Shown here: piece after piece, positions 51,064 to 63,931 of the stretch
How the letters are laid out: every line of letters begins with the position of its first letter
Numbering within the stretch: position 1 is the stretch's first letter
Assembly: GCA_965235115.1 (NCBI GenBank)
Contig: OZ249451.1
Coordinates: forward strand, 9,982,001-10,046,000
Length of the DNA: 64,000 nt
Source of the DNA: Laetmonice hystrix
Taxonomy: Eukaryota
Direction of reading: 5' to 3'
Notes under the pieces: model-generated
Told to the model about the DNA's origin: nothing
Databases searched by the model: none
What the model saw: only the letters and a program-made list of their open reading frames with translations
Translations under genes and position numbers: made by a program

Positions 51064-51203
51064 TGAGGCTTAGCCGTGTCAGGAGCAGGTAGTTCGGAAG
51101 GTGATCCATCAGGAGAGCAAGGCTTTGTGACTGCTGGAATCCGTCTGAAGAAATCTGACGGCTTCATGCCGGCATCTGTCATCTTTGGGTCGGAGTCAGA
51201 CAT
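51064..51203 (-). CDS. Candidate first coding exon, unknown protein
   Basis: Acceptor ccccgccttcgctattccag before 51267; in-frame TGA upstream of ATG 51203 (A at -3). Reads MSDSDPKMTDAGMKPSDFFRRIPAVTKPCSPDGSPSELPAPDTAKP, then donor-like GTGAGG at 51063. No homology recognised. Confidence 0.2.
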
Positions 51204-52469
51204 GCTCCATCTGGCTCAGTCATGATGGAACCGCCTCCATCCCATCCACCCATCACGCTCGGCTTAACTGGAATAGCGAAGGCGGGGTTTAGATTTTAAC
51301 GAGCGTGTTCTCTCCCCCCCCCCCCATCCCAATCCAGAATCGTTTTCAGTTACTCGAAAGAATTGAACCATGGAATTACACACACAAAAGGAGAGAATGA
51401 CCCAGATGGCGATGAAGGACTCTTCGCAGTATTTGTAACCATATAGAGAAAGTGATTGGTGGTCGTAGATTAGATATGTCATCTGAGATCAGGGGGATTT
51501 GTATCTTTTTGCTCTCTTAAAGGGTTCAGCTTAAGACCTTCCGAGGATTTCTGAGAGAAGAGACGTTTGTGATGTTACCAAGGTCTGATGTTGCCAGCAA
51601 AGGCACAGGGGTCTTTGCTTTCAGTGGCATGGGGGGAAAAGACGTGTTTGACCAATCACCTAGCTTATCACATCATAGAACGTAAAGTTAAAAGGCTGAA
51701 ATGATATATGCCGACCTTTGTCAGTTGCCATGGCCACATAAATGGAAGGGTTTTTGTTGGTCGAGCTTGTCATCTTTGTGACGCTACAATACATCACGTG
51801 ACCAGCCTCAGGCTCCTTCGGGCCCGCCATGCAGACCTGAGAGAGAAAGGTAGAACGTTTCTCATCTCGGAGGGAGAGCCATCTTTGCCCTTACAACGTG
51901 CCGGGCCACAGGTTGGGGCGGAGTGCTCCACCTGACTCCCAGGCCGAAGATGTATCACGAGTGTCAGAACTAATGTCGGAGGGAATTCACCTAAACGAGC
52001 AGACACAGACAGGCCAAAGTCGGCAAATTCTAAACGCGATAAAAACTCCACTATGTCTTCAGTACATGTGCTGTGTTTCCAAGAACACCATTTTACTTTC
52101 AGTCAGCTGAATGCGTGTCCTTTTTTTCTGTGATGGAATCGACTGTCATCTGACCATCATACTACAGATCACGTAAATTCGGTAACCTTGGAAAAACGAC
52201 GGCCATTCACAGGTTGTATGCCATTTAGCCCGGGCTAAGGCCAACAGAGATATATCATCCGGTATTTTATTTCTTCAGGAGCAGCTCTTAGGTTTAAGCC
52301 ACATCAACATCTATTATCCTGCATATGTCCAGCTTCCCTGAGGACTTTCTCGGAGGCAGGCGAATAGTACGCCACTGCAGGTCATACCACTGCGTGTGAG
52401 ACTGTGAGTGATAGAAAGACATTCGGTAAAGTAGGTTTTAACCTGGAATGAGACTTTCAGGGAGACATT

Positions 52470-52620
52470 GCCGACCGTTTCCACAAGTTATACCAGGGAT
52501 CTGATAAATCAGTAGAGTGCCCGGAGGTCAGATAGACAAGACTACAACCGTTGGGGGAAAAAGTCCCCGGCACTGACGGAATTTGGCAGTAGATGGCTGC
52601 AATGAAAAATTAAGTGCGGA
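52470..52620 (+). mobile_element. Decayed non-LTR retrotransposon RT N-terminal relic
   Basis: Frame FHKLYQ...EVR*TRLQPLGEKVPGTDGIWQ* resembles FY..LY...EI..AI..L...KSPGxDGI. Confidence 0.45.
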
Positions 52621-53249
52621 TCCTTGACGTAGATGAGGCTGCTAGAGGACAGATTGTGCGACACTGCCCGACTAGGGCACCAGCTGCCTCCTCAGAAGAA
52701 TACACTTTCCTTCAATGAGACAAGATATTCCTTCAAACGCCTTGGAAAGGCCGTGTTGTCATGAGATGGTAAAGGCAAACGGTGGACAAGGAATTCTGGC
52801 AAAGAAAATTCAATGATAGATTCACGCGCAGGTGAAATTCGTGCAAGAGTACATCACTCACATTTTTCGTGTAGATCCTTGGTAGATTCAAGTGGAATTA
52901 CGAGTGGTTCGTGCTGTCTTTAGAATTCAGACTTAATGTCGCACAGCGTGCCCCAATATTGTACCGGCTTGCTTTGTCAGAGATAAAACGCATGCAGTAG
53001 TGTCGCACACATGTATCATTTACCTGTTAAATAATTTAAATGCTCATCTTTGGAAGGCACAACAGGTATCTGTCTTTTTTTATTAGTAGGAAGTGTGGTT
53101 CACGCTAATGTGGATATATGTGATGGGTGACATGGGAAGGAACGGTTGGAGGACAGGAATTCCTCCTGGGTGAGCGTCTGTCTGCAGTGTCTGTGTGTCA
53201 CGAGTAGAGGCCATCCGATTGTACACGTTCGCACCACGAGATGTGATAG

Positions 53250-53350
53250 AGGCCTGAAGACGCGGACGTCGTTACAGTCCGTGCTTCAGGCAGCAGCCAT
53301 TCAGGGACCGTACGATGTGGAATTCACTTTGGCGGCAACGCTGAATGTTT
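53250..53350 (+). mobile_element. Possible CR1/L2 3-prime relic
   Basis: YSPCFRQQPFRDRTMWNSL resembles SFFPRTIxxWNxLP. Confidence 0.25.
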
Positions 53351-56300
53351 TATACAGGGATGTCAGCCGCCCCTGTGGCGGGACTGCAGACTTCCATGCA
53401 AGGGAACGCTGTGTCGAGGTCAGGGACGCTTGGATCTGACGACAAAGGTGTCTGTAAAAAGGGGGGGGTTGTCATGTTTCGGGGGAGAAGGGACTCGGCC
53501 ATGTGCGAGGTAGAAATGGCGTGATGGTGGTGATTGGATCATTGGGAGGCAAACGACTTCACTGGCTTGCGTCGGCCCTTTCATTAAACTTGGAAAGTGA
53601 TCTTTCTTTTTCTACTTTCTTTCTTGAATTGGAAGTCGGCGAGTTCTTCCATTAACTGGAAGGGCCTACCAGGGAGCTGTCACTTCCACTAGGAGAGAAC
53701 AACCCCCCAGATCCAGCCGGGGAGGGGTTATAGACCAGTAAGTGGTCACTATAGTCTGCAAGAAGCTACCCATACGGCTCTTCAGACGTCAGGATACTGT
53801 TCAACCGTGTGAAGGGCATGAAGACCCTTCCAGCTCTCTTTCATATACCAGCACCCCCGCCCACACCAAAAAAGGTTTCTCTGATGTGGGACTCTATATT
53901 AGTTGTCATGATAGCCATCATGAAGAGTATATCAGATTGGGAGATAGAAGAGAAGTCAGCGGTAGATAGACAGGGCTAATCAGTCAGGATATATTTGATG
54001 CGTAAATCTTAGACAAAGATGGATCTGCACAGAAGGGATGAAGAAAAAAACACATCGGATCTGGGCTTCTATGAAGTCAGTTGGCTGTAAGGTTTTTCAC
54101 TGGAAGTTTAATATTAAGATCAACTTGGTTGCTGTTTGCATTATTTCTATAGGATTTCCTGCACTTAACTCAAGGAAATACCACTTGGAAATCAACACCA
54201 GCTTTAGTAACTCCATAACATAAGAAAATCTCGTGACATTTTGGCCTTTAACTCGGGCATTCAGGTCCCTGTTTCTGAAGGAAGGTAGGACATGCTCTGT
54301 GTTATTGTTACTTCAGGTATAAGCTTCTGCTAGACAAAGGGAAGAGGAAATGTATATGCTTACTTAGCTAGCCATCGACCAGACGCAGGGTATCTAAGCG
54401 TTTCACAGAATCACCATCAATAGGCCATGTTCTCATGTTCTGTCTTTGCCTCTGGAAGGGGGACGGGGAGACTGTATGAGGCTGAAGATTTATCACAACA
54501 CTTCAGAATAGCTTCCAGCGTTCATGAGTGATTATGTTCATCTTACGCTATGTCTTTATTTGCTCCCGTTACAAATCCTTTAGCCGTTCCATCACCAAGC
54601 GATGTCAGAGTTAGGACATGGGACATTCTATGACATAGCTGGAGTCATTTATCCTTATCATAGGAGAGAATAGCAAAGTGATGAATGGATGTGATTGGTT
54701 ATGAAACGCTCCACTGGACAACTATTACTGCCGTTATGTTTCCATAATATCACACTTAGGGATATAGATGTGTATCCAGGGACGGATAGTGGTAGTCGGC
54801 TGTGTGTGTGTGTGTGGGGGGGGGGGGGGGAGGTTGATTCAGCTGTGTCCAACAGGCCTATAGTGACGGTATAGTGAGCAGCACGAATGGTGCCACCAAA
54901 AAAAACATGAATTCATGATATAAAAGGATGGTGACAGGACGTTTCCCCACTTGGGGGCATTTGCTTTGGGGGTGAATATCCTAAGGGGTAAATGTCCGGG
55001 AGTATAGGTCAAGAGGGTTAATATCGTAGAGAATCAGTACTGATACGCTTGATACCCATTTATACCCCCGCTGCTGTACTTATTATAATAATAGCAGGAG
55101 ACAAGTGCACATTCTTTCCCGGTTCAAGCCATAAAACGTCACCCGCGGAGCGATATTTCACTTCAGCATGGTGCTTTGGTCGTTACGTTGGTTGCATAGA
55201 AGTTTAGCGTGGTGTGGGTTTGGTTGTAACATAAACAGGTGAAAGGGAATTGACAGGACGATGGAAGAATCATTTCAGGAATGTTACCCATTAGTTTATC
55301 AGGTGGAACGGTGGAAGTTTGGTTTTTCGATCAAATTTCCAAATTTTGACGCTTAACCTCCAAGCGTGTTAACTGGCTATGGGCGTCAAATCTAGGGGTA
55401 TGACGCCCCACCTCCACCCGCACCCCGAGTGTTCACAATCACATTGATCCAACCCTCCAGCCATAAGTCCCATCCATTTGGTACAGGCCTGGTATCCACC
55501 AAGTTGATTTTATGATAAGAAGTAGCAGTATACTGTTGAGACTAAATCAAACTGAATATGCTTTGGTTAGGTGCTGTTAGGTGTTGAAGTTCTTAAGACA
55601 ACTTGTCTAAAAGAAAAGTCGAGTGTGATGCACATGTCAATACATACTCTGTGAGCACTTAATTAGTCGCGGTTCATCATGCAAATTCCAGTACCTTTAT
55701 CAAATTGGTGCAGGTAATTTTGCAGATTGAGTGCAGTAATTTGCATATATGTGAGCAAAGAGCCTACAGTCGCTCCGTGCGAGGCTCATTCCCATTAGCC
55801 AATCTCTTAACATATGTAGATTTTATGTATTAGGTGAAGATGAGCTGAAGGCGGGGAGAACGCCGTATGAGACATAGCCATTAAATGAGTGAGACTTATA
55901 CAGACAATTCGATAAGGGTTACAGCACAGGGACACTCTCAGCGCATTCACGCTAGAGACATACAAGTTCTACCTGTTAAATAATTGATATAGAAAAAGGT
56001 TACCTGACCTCCAGGAACACTTTATTTCGTATACAGCGGACTAGAGAAACTTGGTGAATTCAATTTGATGTCGGCACAGGTCGTGATGAAATGCCACTCA
56101 CACATCTAGGCTGACCACGTCTGGTGTTCTACACGTATACAATAACAGTGTATGCTGAGGTCGTATCGTTCATGTTTCCTTTCCACTATCAAATAGAATT
56201 TCATGTGTGGACACATTTTAAAACCTTTCGTGTAGACCTGCTCTTTCCTCCCCCCATATGTCATACTACAGTTCAGTTTTTAAGTATTAAGTATGTATAT

Positions 56301-56688
56301 ATTTTTTCCGTGAATGAGAATTTGTCATACCGCTGTTTAATGTCGCGATAACACTAATTTGCGTCTTCAGGAAGGTGTTGCATGCTTTCACAGTTGGCAG
56401 CAAGAGAATCTCAACCAGGCAGAATTACTGCCTTCTAATCCACCGCCTTGAAGAGATCGTTTCCCCTCCTAGACAAAAGCGCCTCTCATAGTTTCAAACA
56501 TGGACAGCAAGGCTTCGCTTATTTAGATGATCTCACAGGGACAGCGACATTAAATATCACCATCACTTTGAAACCTTAAGATGAAATGGAAATTAGAACC
56601 TTTAAAACGTTCGGCCGACGACAACAGTCGCCTCATCAACAGGTTGTTGAGAACCGGTAAGTGGGAGACACGGTGTCCAGTAGGTCTC

Positions 56689-57027
56689 TATCTCAGGCCA
56701 CAAGGACTTGAGCTTCTCCGTGGGTCATCTACTTCTCAACGTACAACAGGTCCGTAAAGAACTGTAAAGGCCTATCTCAGGTCACAAGGACTTGAGCTTC
56801 TCCGTGGGTCATCTACTTCTCAACGTACAACAGGTCCGTAAAGAACTGTAAAGGCCTATCTCAGGTCACAAGGACTTGAGCTTCTCCGTGGGTCATCTAC
56901 TTCTCAACGTACAACTTACAGGTCCGTAAAGAACTGTAAAGGCCTATCTCAGGTCACAAGGACTTGAGCTTCTCCGTGGGTCATCTACTTCTCAACGTAC
57001 AACAGGTCCGTAAAGAACTGTGAAGGC
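56689..57027 (+). repeat. 84-bp tandem repeat x4
   Basis: Units start at 56689, 56773, 56857 and 56945; the third carries a 4-nt insertion. Stops in all six frames of the unit. Confidence 0.98.
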
Positions 57028-58610
57028 TTTATGTCCGACTCTGTGGCTCATACGGACCGGGGTAGGGTTTCTCATCAGAGACGTGTCGATCTTATCATGT
57101 ATGCTGAATGGATTCTATGATTTCGAATACAGCAAAAGCAAGTGCCTTTCACAATCGTACATCAAGAGTGACTCCATCAGTAGCAGAATCACACCTCCAG
57201 CGATATTCTGATGTTCTTGAAGTGCAGTGTGTGGTACTCAGGGAACGGAACAGTGTTGGTGGACAGATAGAACCTCAAAGGGGAACATTCCTGTAGATAC
57301 TTCTATCATTTTATTTTACCTATATCTGCTTTAAAAAAAAGCAGGAACCTGGGGAATGATGGCCTTGAGAATGTCTGTTTTCGTGCAGGCGTTGGGCTAA
57401 GTTTCACGGTATACTAGTATGTTTTTACACCTGTTTCAGTGCCAACTGGTAACTGACTATACCAGCAGAAGTTGAGCCGTTATATGCTATGATAATTGCC
57501 TAATTATCTGGCACTTAAACCAAACAGATGACAGTTGTGGTACAAGTAATACTTGTAATCAGATCGACATCGATTGGCTTTTGGGTGTGAACCTTTGAAC
57601 TCTGGGTTTCCCTTATCCAATCATTATCTGTTATAGATAAACCCAGGGGTGTCCTAAGGAAGGCCCAATCACAGCGTTGTGGCTTCGCTGATAACCTCAC
57701 ACGAGCCGCGTGACCTTGTTGAGTACTAAAAGATAACTTAGCAATGATCTTTTTAACGTTGTGGAAAAGGTTAACCAACCAGGGACTTCAAGGTGACTTC
57801 CCCTGTCTATAATTATAGAAAATCAAGTCACCAATACTGTCTTACACACATTGGTGAATTAGCAGATTAGTGCAATGCACCGAAGCTAATCTCATAGTCG
57901 ATATTCCAAAAAGTCGATACGTTGAAGAGAACCAGCTTATTGTGGCCTGCCTGCGCAACGTTTGCATCTAGTTACGGGACTGGAGTGTGGCTGAATTTTA
58001 CATTCAGAATTATTCTTATAGCCATTAAGCATTCTCCACTGCAAAAGGTAGTAGTCCTGTATTCAACCATCTTGAATCCGTTAAGTATTAGTGCAAGAAG
58101 ATTGGAATACCAGATTTGACGTTAATGTTCAGCCATCGATGTTGATCACTCCAGGACATGATTCTTGAAACGGCCATGGGAAAACTGCGGTATCTCATTC
58201 TAAAAATGTCATCGGGAGGCCTTCCCATCAAAACAGAAATCGTAATCTAAGTGACAAACAGACGATAAGTACTATCGTACCAACCTTCTACGTCGGCCTT
58301 GAGGTCACCGGTGAATATTGCCCTGGACTGGTATTGACATTTTCTAGTTCGTTCATCGACTGATAAATGGCGCTGATAAATCCAGTGAATCGTTTATCTG
58401 GATGGTTGGAGATGTGGGTGTGATGGAAAGCTTAAGGAGCCCCGTGGGTTTGTTGGCTTCGTTCACTTGTCCTTAGAACTGGCTTCAGATCTATATGTGA
58501 AGGTGTTTCACGAATTAGGTGAACCCAGGGAGGACCGATCACAGTGATAAACGCAGTTGATGGTCACGGGTCAGATGAGGTACCACAAACATATAATGGG
58601 GGTAAGATGG

Positions 58611-58810
58611 ACGCAGTTGATGACCTTGGAACGACTGAGGCAACAGGAGGATATACCCAGTCGATGACCTTGGACCAACTGACCCATTACGGGGACAATC
58701 CCCTGACCTTGGCCTGACTGACTCTTCACGGAGGACAAACCAGCTTGGTGAGAGTGTTCCACGACCTTGGATGACCTTGGACGACTGACCTACTTACAGG
58801 ACAAACTCAA
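58611..58810 (+). repeat. Degenerate 39-44 bp repeat carrying TGACCTTGG
   Basis: TGACCTTGG at 58621, 58665, 58704 and 58772, each followed by ..ACTGA and later GGA(C/T)A; CGACCTTGG at 58762. Confidence 0.7.
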
Positions 58811-59070
58811 TTCATGGCTTGAGCCGGGGGGCCAACATTGAAACCAATCCGGTTTATACGGACAGACTGCTGCCAATATCCGGACGACTCTAAGCTAACT
58901 TATACTGAAGACGAACGTCAAAGCCGAACCACAAACCGTACCCATTTCCGGTGCGGGAGAAGATTAAGTTGATCCATCTTCCTTTTCCATTCCGATCGAT
59001 GTCTTAACTGACCACCAGGAAAGGAACGCTCGATAACCTGGTTATGTCACCCTCGTGTCATCTTCAATAA

Positions 59071-59184
59071 GTGCCTAGTTACAGGGAATCAAGACGACTT
59101 GATTTCTCTCTCAGGGCCGGACCTCTATGTGCCTAGTTACAGGAAATCAAACTTGATTTCTCTCGCAGGGCCGGACCTCTATGT
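59071..59184 (+). repeat. Tandem duplication of about 58 bp
   Basis: gtgcctagttacagg.aatcaa...acttgatttctctc.cagggccggacctctat at 59071 and 59129. Confidence 0.9.
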
Positions 59185-59726
59185 AGGTCAGGACATTGTA
59201 AACGTCTCATCGGTAGGAGAAATAAGATATCTAAATATCCTCATCAGCTTTATAGTAAAGAAATAATGATGACTAGATCTGCAAAAGGCTATACTAGATT
59301 TCTTAAACTGATACTTTGCCTGATAATCTGCATATGTTATTGGTTCGGTGAGGAAACCAATGATGTTCGGCGATTTCTCCATTATAGATGTCAGGATTTA
59401 TTGGAGTAACCATTTTCACCCAGGGGGAACCCCCATGATTAGTTTGTTCTCAGGCCTCGTGCAAACGGTACTTTTTTCAAATATTCTATTGATATGGGTT
59501 GGGTCCGTCTTAAAGGCTTGATCCAAAAGTCAAATTAAACCTGCTGTCAAGCATTTTGAGTTTGCGATGAGTCTGAACTGGAAATTGGGGTTATTGCATG
59601 CAAAGAATGATTGCCTCCAGAATTTGAGCTGATCCTTTGATCTTTTGATCCTCGCTGAGAAATTCGGGCCTATACGTTTCCCCTTGTGTCCGATCTGGCT
59701 ATCGGCGGCTTCCCCCCACCCCCACA

Positions 59727-59997
59727 CAGGTGTGAAGGGAATGTAAGTCCGCCAGAACGGAGGTCTTCTTGGTAATGCAGATCCTAGGTCATCAACTTCG
59801 TGTTATAAGATAGTATAATTAGGAAAATACAAATGGATTATGGTTAAGGTTATGATTAGGGATAGGATTGTGAAGAAATATTTAAATAACATCACGGACT
59901 TGAAATCCTAGGAATGCAGGTCTGTCGGACTTATACTTCAGGGATAGCAGGTCCGTCTGACCTGCATTTCAGGGGAACTGGATTCCTTTCGCACCTG
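59727..59997. mobile_element. Non-autonomous element with telomere-like core, copy 2 (271 bp)
   Basis: Imperfect TIR CAGGTGTGAAGGGAAT / ATTCCTTTCGCACCTG; core ggattatggttaaggttatgattagggatagg; homologous to 16661-16877; no TSD recognised. Confidence 0.8.
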
Positions 59998-60539
59998 CTC
60001 CAGCCACCCCTTGCAATGCCCGCCTTGTATGTTGTTTTGCCATGCAGTGTTCAGCATCAATATACTTTTTAAGAAGAACATTTGATTTGAAAATAAGTCG
60101 ATTTAAATAGCCAAAGAAATTTCTCAAATTGGCAGACAATGCATGCAGCTCATTGCTTGCCAGATGTGCTGGCTCTGCGTGCATGATTTCAAGGCCGCGT
60201 TCCGTTGTCCTATTAGAGTCTCTCCCTGTTTCTGTCACGCCCTTTAATTGTGTAATCAGTCATACTGGTGCTTCGTCTCTGCAGAACTGTACCTCCGATT
60301 TTCCACCGATTTCCTGCGTTATTTTTGAATATCACAAATTAGGGCAAAGTTCATGTTCGGAGGGCATCTGCGTGTGATCAGGCCGATCCATCGTAATGGA
60401 CGTTATGACTTTTGGCCTTTTCAAAGGCAACAACTTGTCAGCGTCTGGGTGATAGAACAGGTAGTGTACGTTAAACTAACAACCCCCTGGAGTGTTAATT
60501 GACTGTAGTATATCATCCTCAATCAAAAGGTGGGAAAAA

Positions 60540-60720
60540 TAACTTGAGGGAAGGAACCTGGGTTCGCAACGATCGATTCCAGCCAGAATCTCCCGCCAGG
60601 GGGCATGTAAATTTACACGTGTGCCAAACTATCGGCAGATAAGACAGATAGGCAGGGCGTGGAACATGGCGGCCGGGGGGATAGCGTGAGGGGGGAAGCG
60701 TTGCCAAGGTGATGGATTAG
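60540..60720 (-). mobile_element. Possible CR1/L2 relic
   Basis: RPAYLSYLPIVWH resembles RPxLEYAxPVWH. Confidence 0.25.
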
Positions 60721-62968
60721 ACCAGTGAGGGATGACACTAGTGGCAGAGGCTGACTGCCGTCCGTTGTCAAGGTCCCGCGTGGTTGTACCTTCGCGACAC
60801 CTGTACAGTCGTCTCATTTCAGGACCTAAAAACGACTTTGTCAAAGCCTTGCCAGGGGGCTTGTGTCGGCTTAAAATGATACACTGCGAAATGAGCGCTT
60901 AGTGTTTAAATGGTACCTGGTTGGAAACATACACATAATTCACCCAAAGTGACTTGGATTAAAATGCCCTCTTACAGTGTAGCTATTATTAAACTAGACA
61001 CCATGATTGCATGCAACCATATTATCCTGTTTCCGAATGACATTAGGTCTGTTGTGTCCTGCGTCGGAAGTTATATTCTAACGAAATTAGATAGAGCTCG
61101 TCCTACACGATTGATTCAGCTATCTTAAAAGCTCAAATATCTGATAAATTGCATGGAATCCTCTAAGCTCTAATAGCCCAACTTTGCTTTGTCCATCAAA
61201 ATCAATAAATCTATTACTGTAAATCACTTTAATTTGACGTGATTAAAATTTCGTGGTTTTTTTTTCACCCAGAACTGATAGAACTTATGACTGAAATACT
61301 GTCGACAGGGCGTAACTCCTCCAATTCGCTAAACTTCCAACCATAAGAAATTCCACAAAAAGGCAGATATGATAGCGTATATAAAACACCATTGATGAAA
61401 AGTCAACCTTGAGATACCAAAACTATTAAAGACGTCTGAAGCACTACAAGAATACCAAAAGACCAACCCCAACGGGATGCATAAACCAGCGTACATGGGG
61501 CAGCAGGTGCTTGAGCAGATTACGTTAGAACACGGTCGTTCAGACTAATTTATTAAAATACTCGGCTCTAACAACGCAGACTGTTGAGAGGAGAGAGCCT
61601 TCATTCTAAGATCGCAACAGCTGTCTCGGTGGCCAAATCAATACGGCGTAATCTCCTCATAATTGTAACCCAATTTATCAGTCGAATTACAAGCAGCGTC
61701 CTTGCATCTTGTATTGTTGTAGTCAGCAAGTCGAGGAAAAAAAGAGCCAGGACAAAATTAAGATATAGATTTATTTTAAGACTTAATTGAAGTAGATGTT
61801 GGTCTCATTTCATTTACACAGCCCCGTTGCAATTAAAAGGTGCGTTAGATAAAGTTCCTGGTACAGAGACGTTTATTAGCGTATGAACATTGAGGGATTG
61901 GGACAATGTTAGAATAATAATGGGTAATATACAGTCAGGAGCTCCTTGTTCCTATGGAGGTGAAAATTACGGCAAGGCTGATCATATTACAATGGAGAAA
62001 TTAATGTAAAACATGTCAAACGCTTAATATGTCCACAAAAGGAGAAATTGGGGAGGTTCTATTGATTATCTGTATGGGAATCCTTCAAACTTTCCATACA
62101 AGTGAAACATCCTACACATCATGGTACTGGCTCTATATCCTGGAGGTAAATCTGCAGGTGATAAATTCACTAGAGTCCAAGTACATTAAGCTGAAGTGTT
62201 TTTGATCATGAGGGCTGGGGGGGGGGGGGTCCTTCCATTAATGTAATGATCTAATTTCATTCTTTTAGATTTTATTTTAATCAGGTACTTAACACAGCGG
62301 GTATAAACTCAAAATTCACATAGGTCTACGTTTTGTTTCAGTCGCTGCAAGTAGTATTCTCTAGTGGATGTGAAAGTTAACCAGATAAGATTAAATGACT
62401 TGTGTCTATAATGTCTATTACTGTGGAAGTGAATGTTAACAAGGATGGTCCTGGTGCCGGCGACCTTTCGACGCTAGTTCATCATTTCAAAGATGAGTTG
62501 TTTTTCGGCGTTGCTACTCAACCACAATAGAACGCATTCAAGATTATCGTGATGTTTTTGTTGTTTGCACCGTCTAAAACTTCAACTCGCTGGTAATGTT
62601 TGCTAAGAATAACTCAAGATCTATGTTACGGTCGAAGTGATGCGCAGTATGGGATCACACGGCCATACTCCGCTGGAGGGGAAAGATCTGCAGTCAATCA
62701 ATAAGGCCCCTGCCTCTGGGTAAGTGTTGTGCTTTTCAAACGCTTCAAGGGGTGTGAAGGGAGGTAAGGGGCGGTCAGTCATTTGAAAATGTCTCCCGAC
62801 GATAATAGAACCATCTTTGATGACTAGTTTCATTTTCAAGATGGTGAACTCAAATAATCCAAAGTGGCTCGATCCCTCCGTTCTAAACATGAGAAATGAT
62901 CATACCTTTTTCGCCAGTTGCGATTTTTGTTCAATCGATGACCTCCAACGAATACCATTGGTGGATAG

Positions 62969-63218
62969 GTGCAATGACAAAAGGAAGCAAGTCCAACTTT
63001 CATCAAAGTCGACTTAAGTGTAAATTTGGATTCAGAGAAGTAAGTCCTATCTATCAGTGGGTGTATTTCTGCTAAACATCCTTCTATGAAGCTATCAGTC
63101 ACATGACAGAAGGAAGCCTGTCCATCCAACTGCACTGTAGAGACAACTTGTTTAGGCCTATGTCCATTTCTCGAAACTTGAACTTTTGGACTTGCTTCCT
63201 TTTGTCATTTCACGGCAG
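62969..63218. mobile_element. TA-family MITE, copy 2 (left tip truncated)
   Basis: GTGCAATGACAAAAGGAAGCAAGTCCAA pairs with TTGGACTTGCTTCCTTTTGTCATTTCAC; body homologous to 1524-1764. Confidence 0.85.
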
Positions 63219-63816
63219 AGGTGTGGCCTATAGCTCTGTGTTACTGAAGGTAACTGGGTCTAAATACTTTCATTTCCACTCAGGCGTTTTGAAAAATTCT
63301 CGAAAGTTTTGGAAATTAAGCCGGACATTTCCAGTAGGGAACGGCTCATCTTTGAGCTCGTGCTTATCAGCTCGAAGAGGCCAAAACAGGGGGTTGGCAC
63401 AGGAGCGACACCTAGTGCTAAACGAGCACACTGCAATCGTACGTTCTCCCATGCGGCCATGCGGCCTGGCGGCCATGTGGTGAAACGCGCGAAGGACCTG
63501 AGGCAATCCAAGTCCGGCATGGACATGAAAGATTATTTGTCCTAGAGTAAATCTATAATATATAATAACAAATCAGTCGGAATCCTAATGGTAAAAAGGG
63601 TCTGAAGTATACAACGGGGAATGGCCACTGTTGCGGATCTAGGGGGTACGTGCCCCCCAGGACCCCTGGATACGCGCCTGATCCGAGTACCTTACACTAC
63701 AATTGCTTCTGAAATTTTGGTCATTTGACACCTAGAACATCTCTAATTTATGTATGCATACAATATTTTTTAAGAAAAGGTCCATGCATTTTCAAGCGGA
63801 CCATGCCAAGTGAGTC

Positions 63817-63931
63817 AGGGTCAGTCAGTCTGGGGGGTCATTCGGGGTGTATGTGGGGGCAGTCGGGGTGTGGGGGTGAATCAGGGGGTTGAGTTGGGAG
63901 GGTGGGGTGAGTCGGGGAGCTCAGTTGGGGT
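63817..63931 (+). repeat. G-rich degenerate short-period repeat
   Basis: About ten G3-G6 runs separated by short t/c/a spacers. Confidence 0.7.

Noticed and set aside
55679-55745. Inverted octamer pair ATGCAAAT / ATTTGCAT
   Set aside because: Only two sites and no snRNA-like gene or PSE recognised; could be a MITE remnant or chance.
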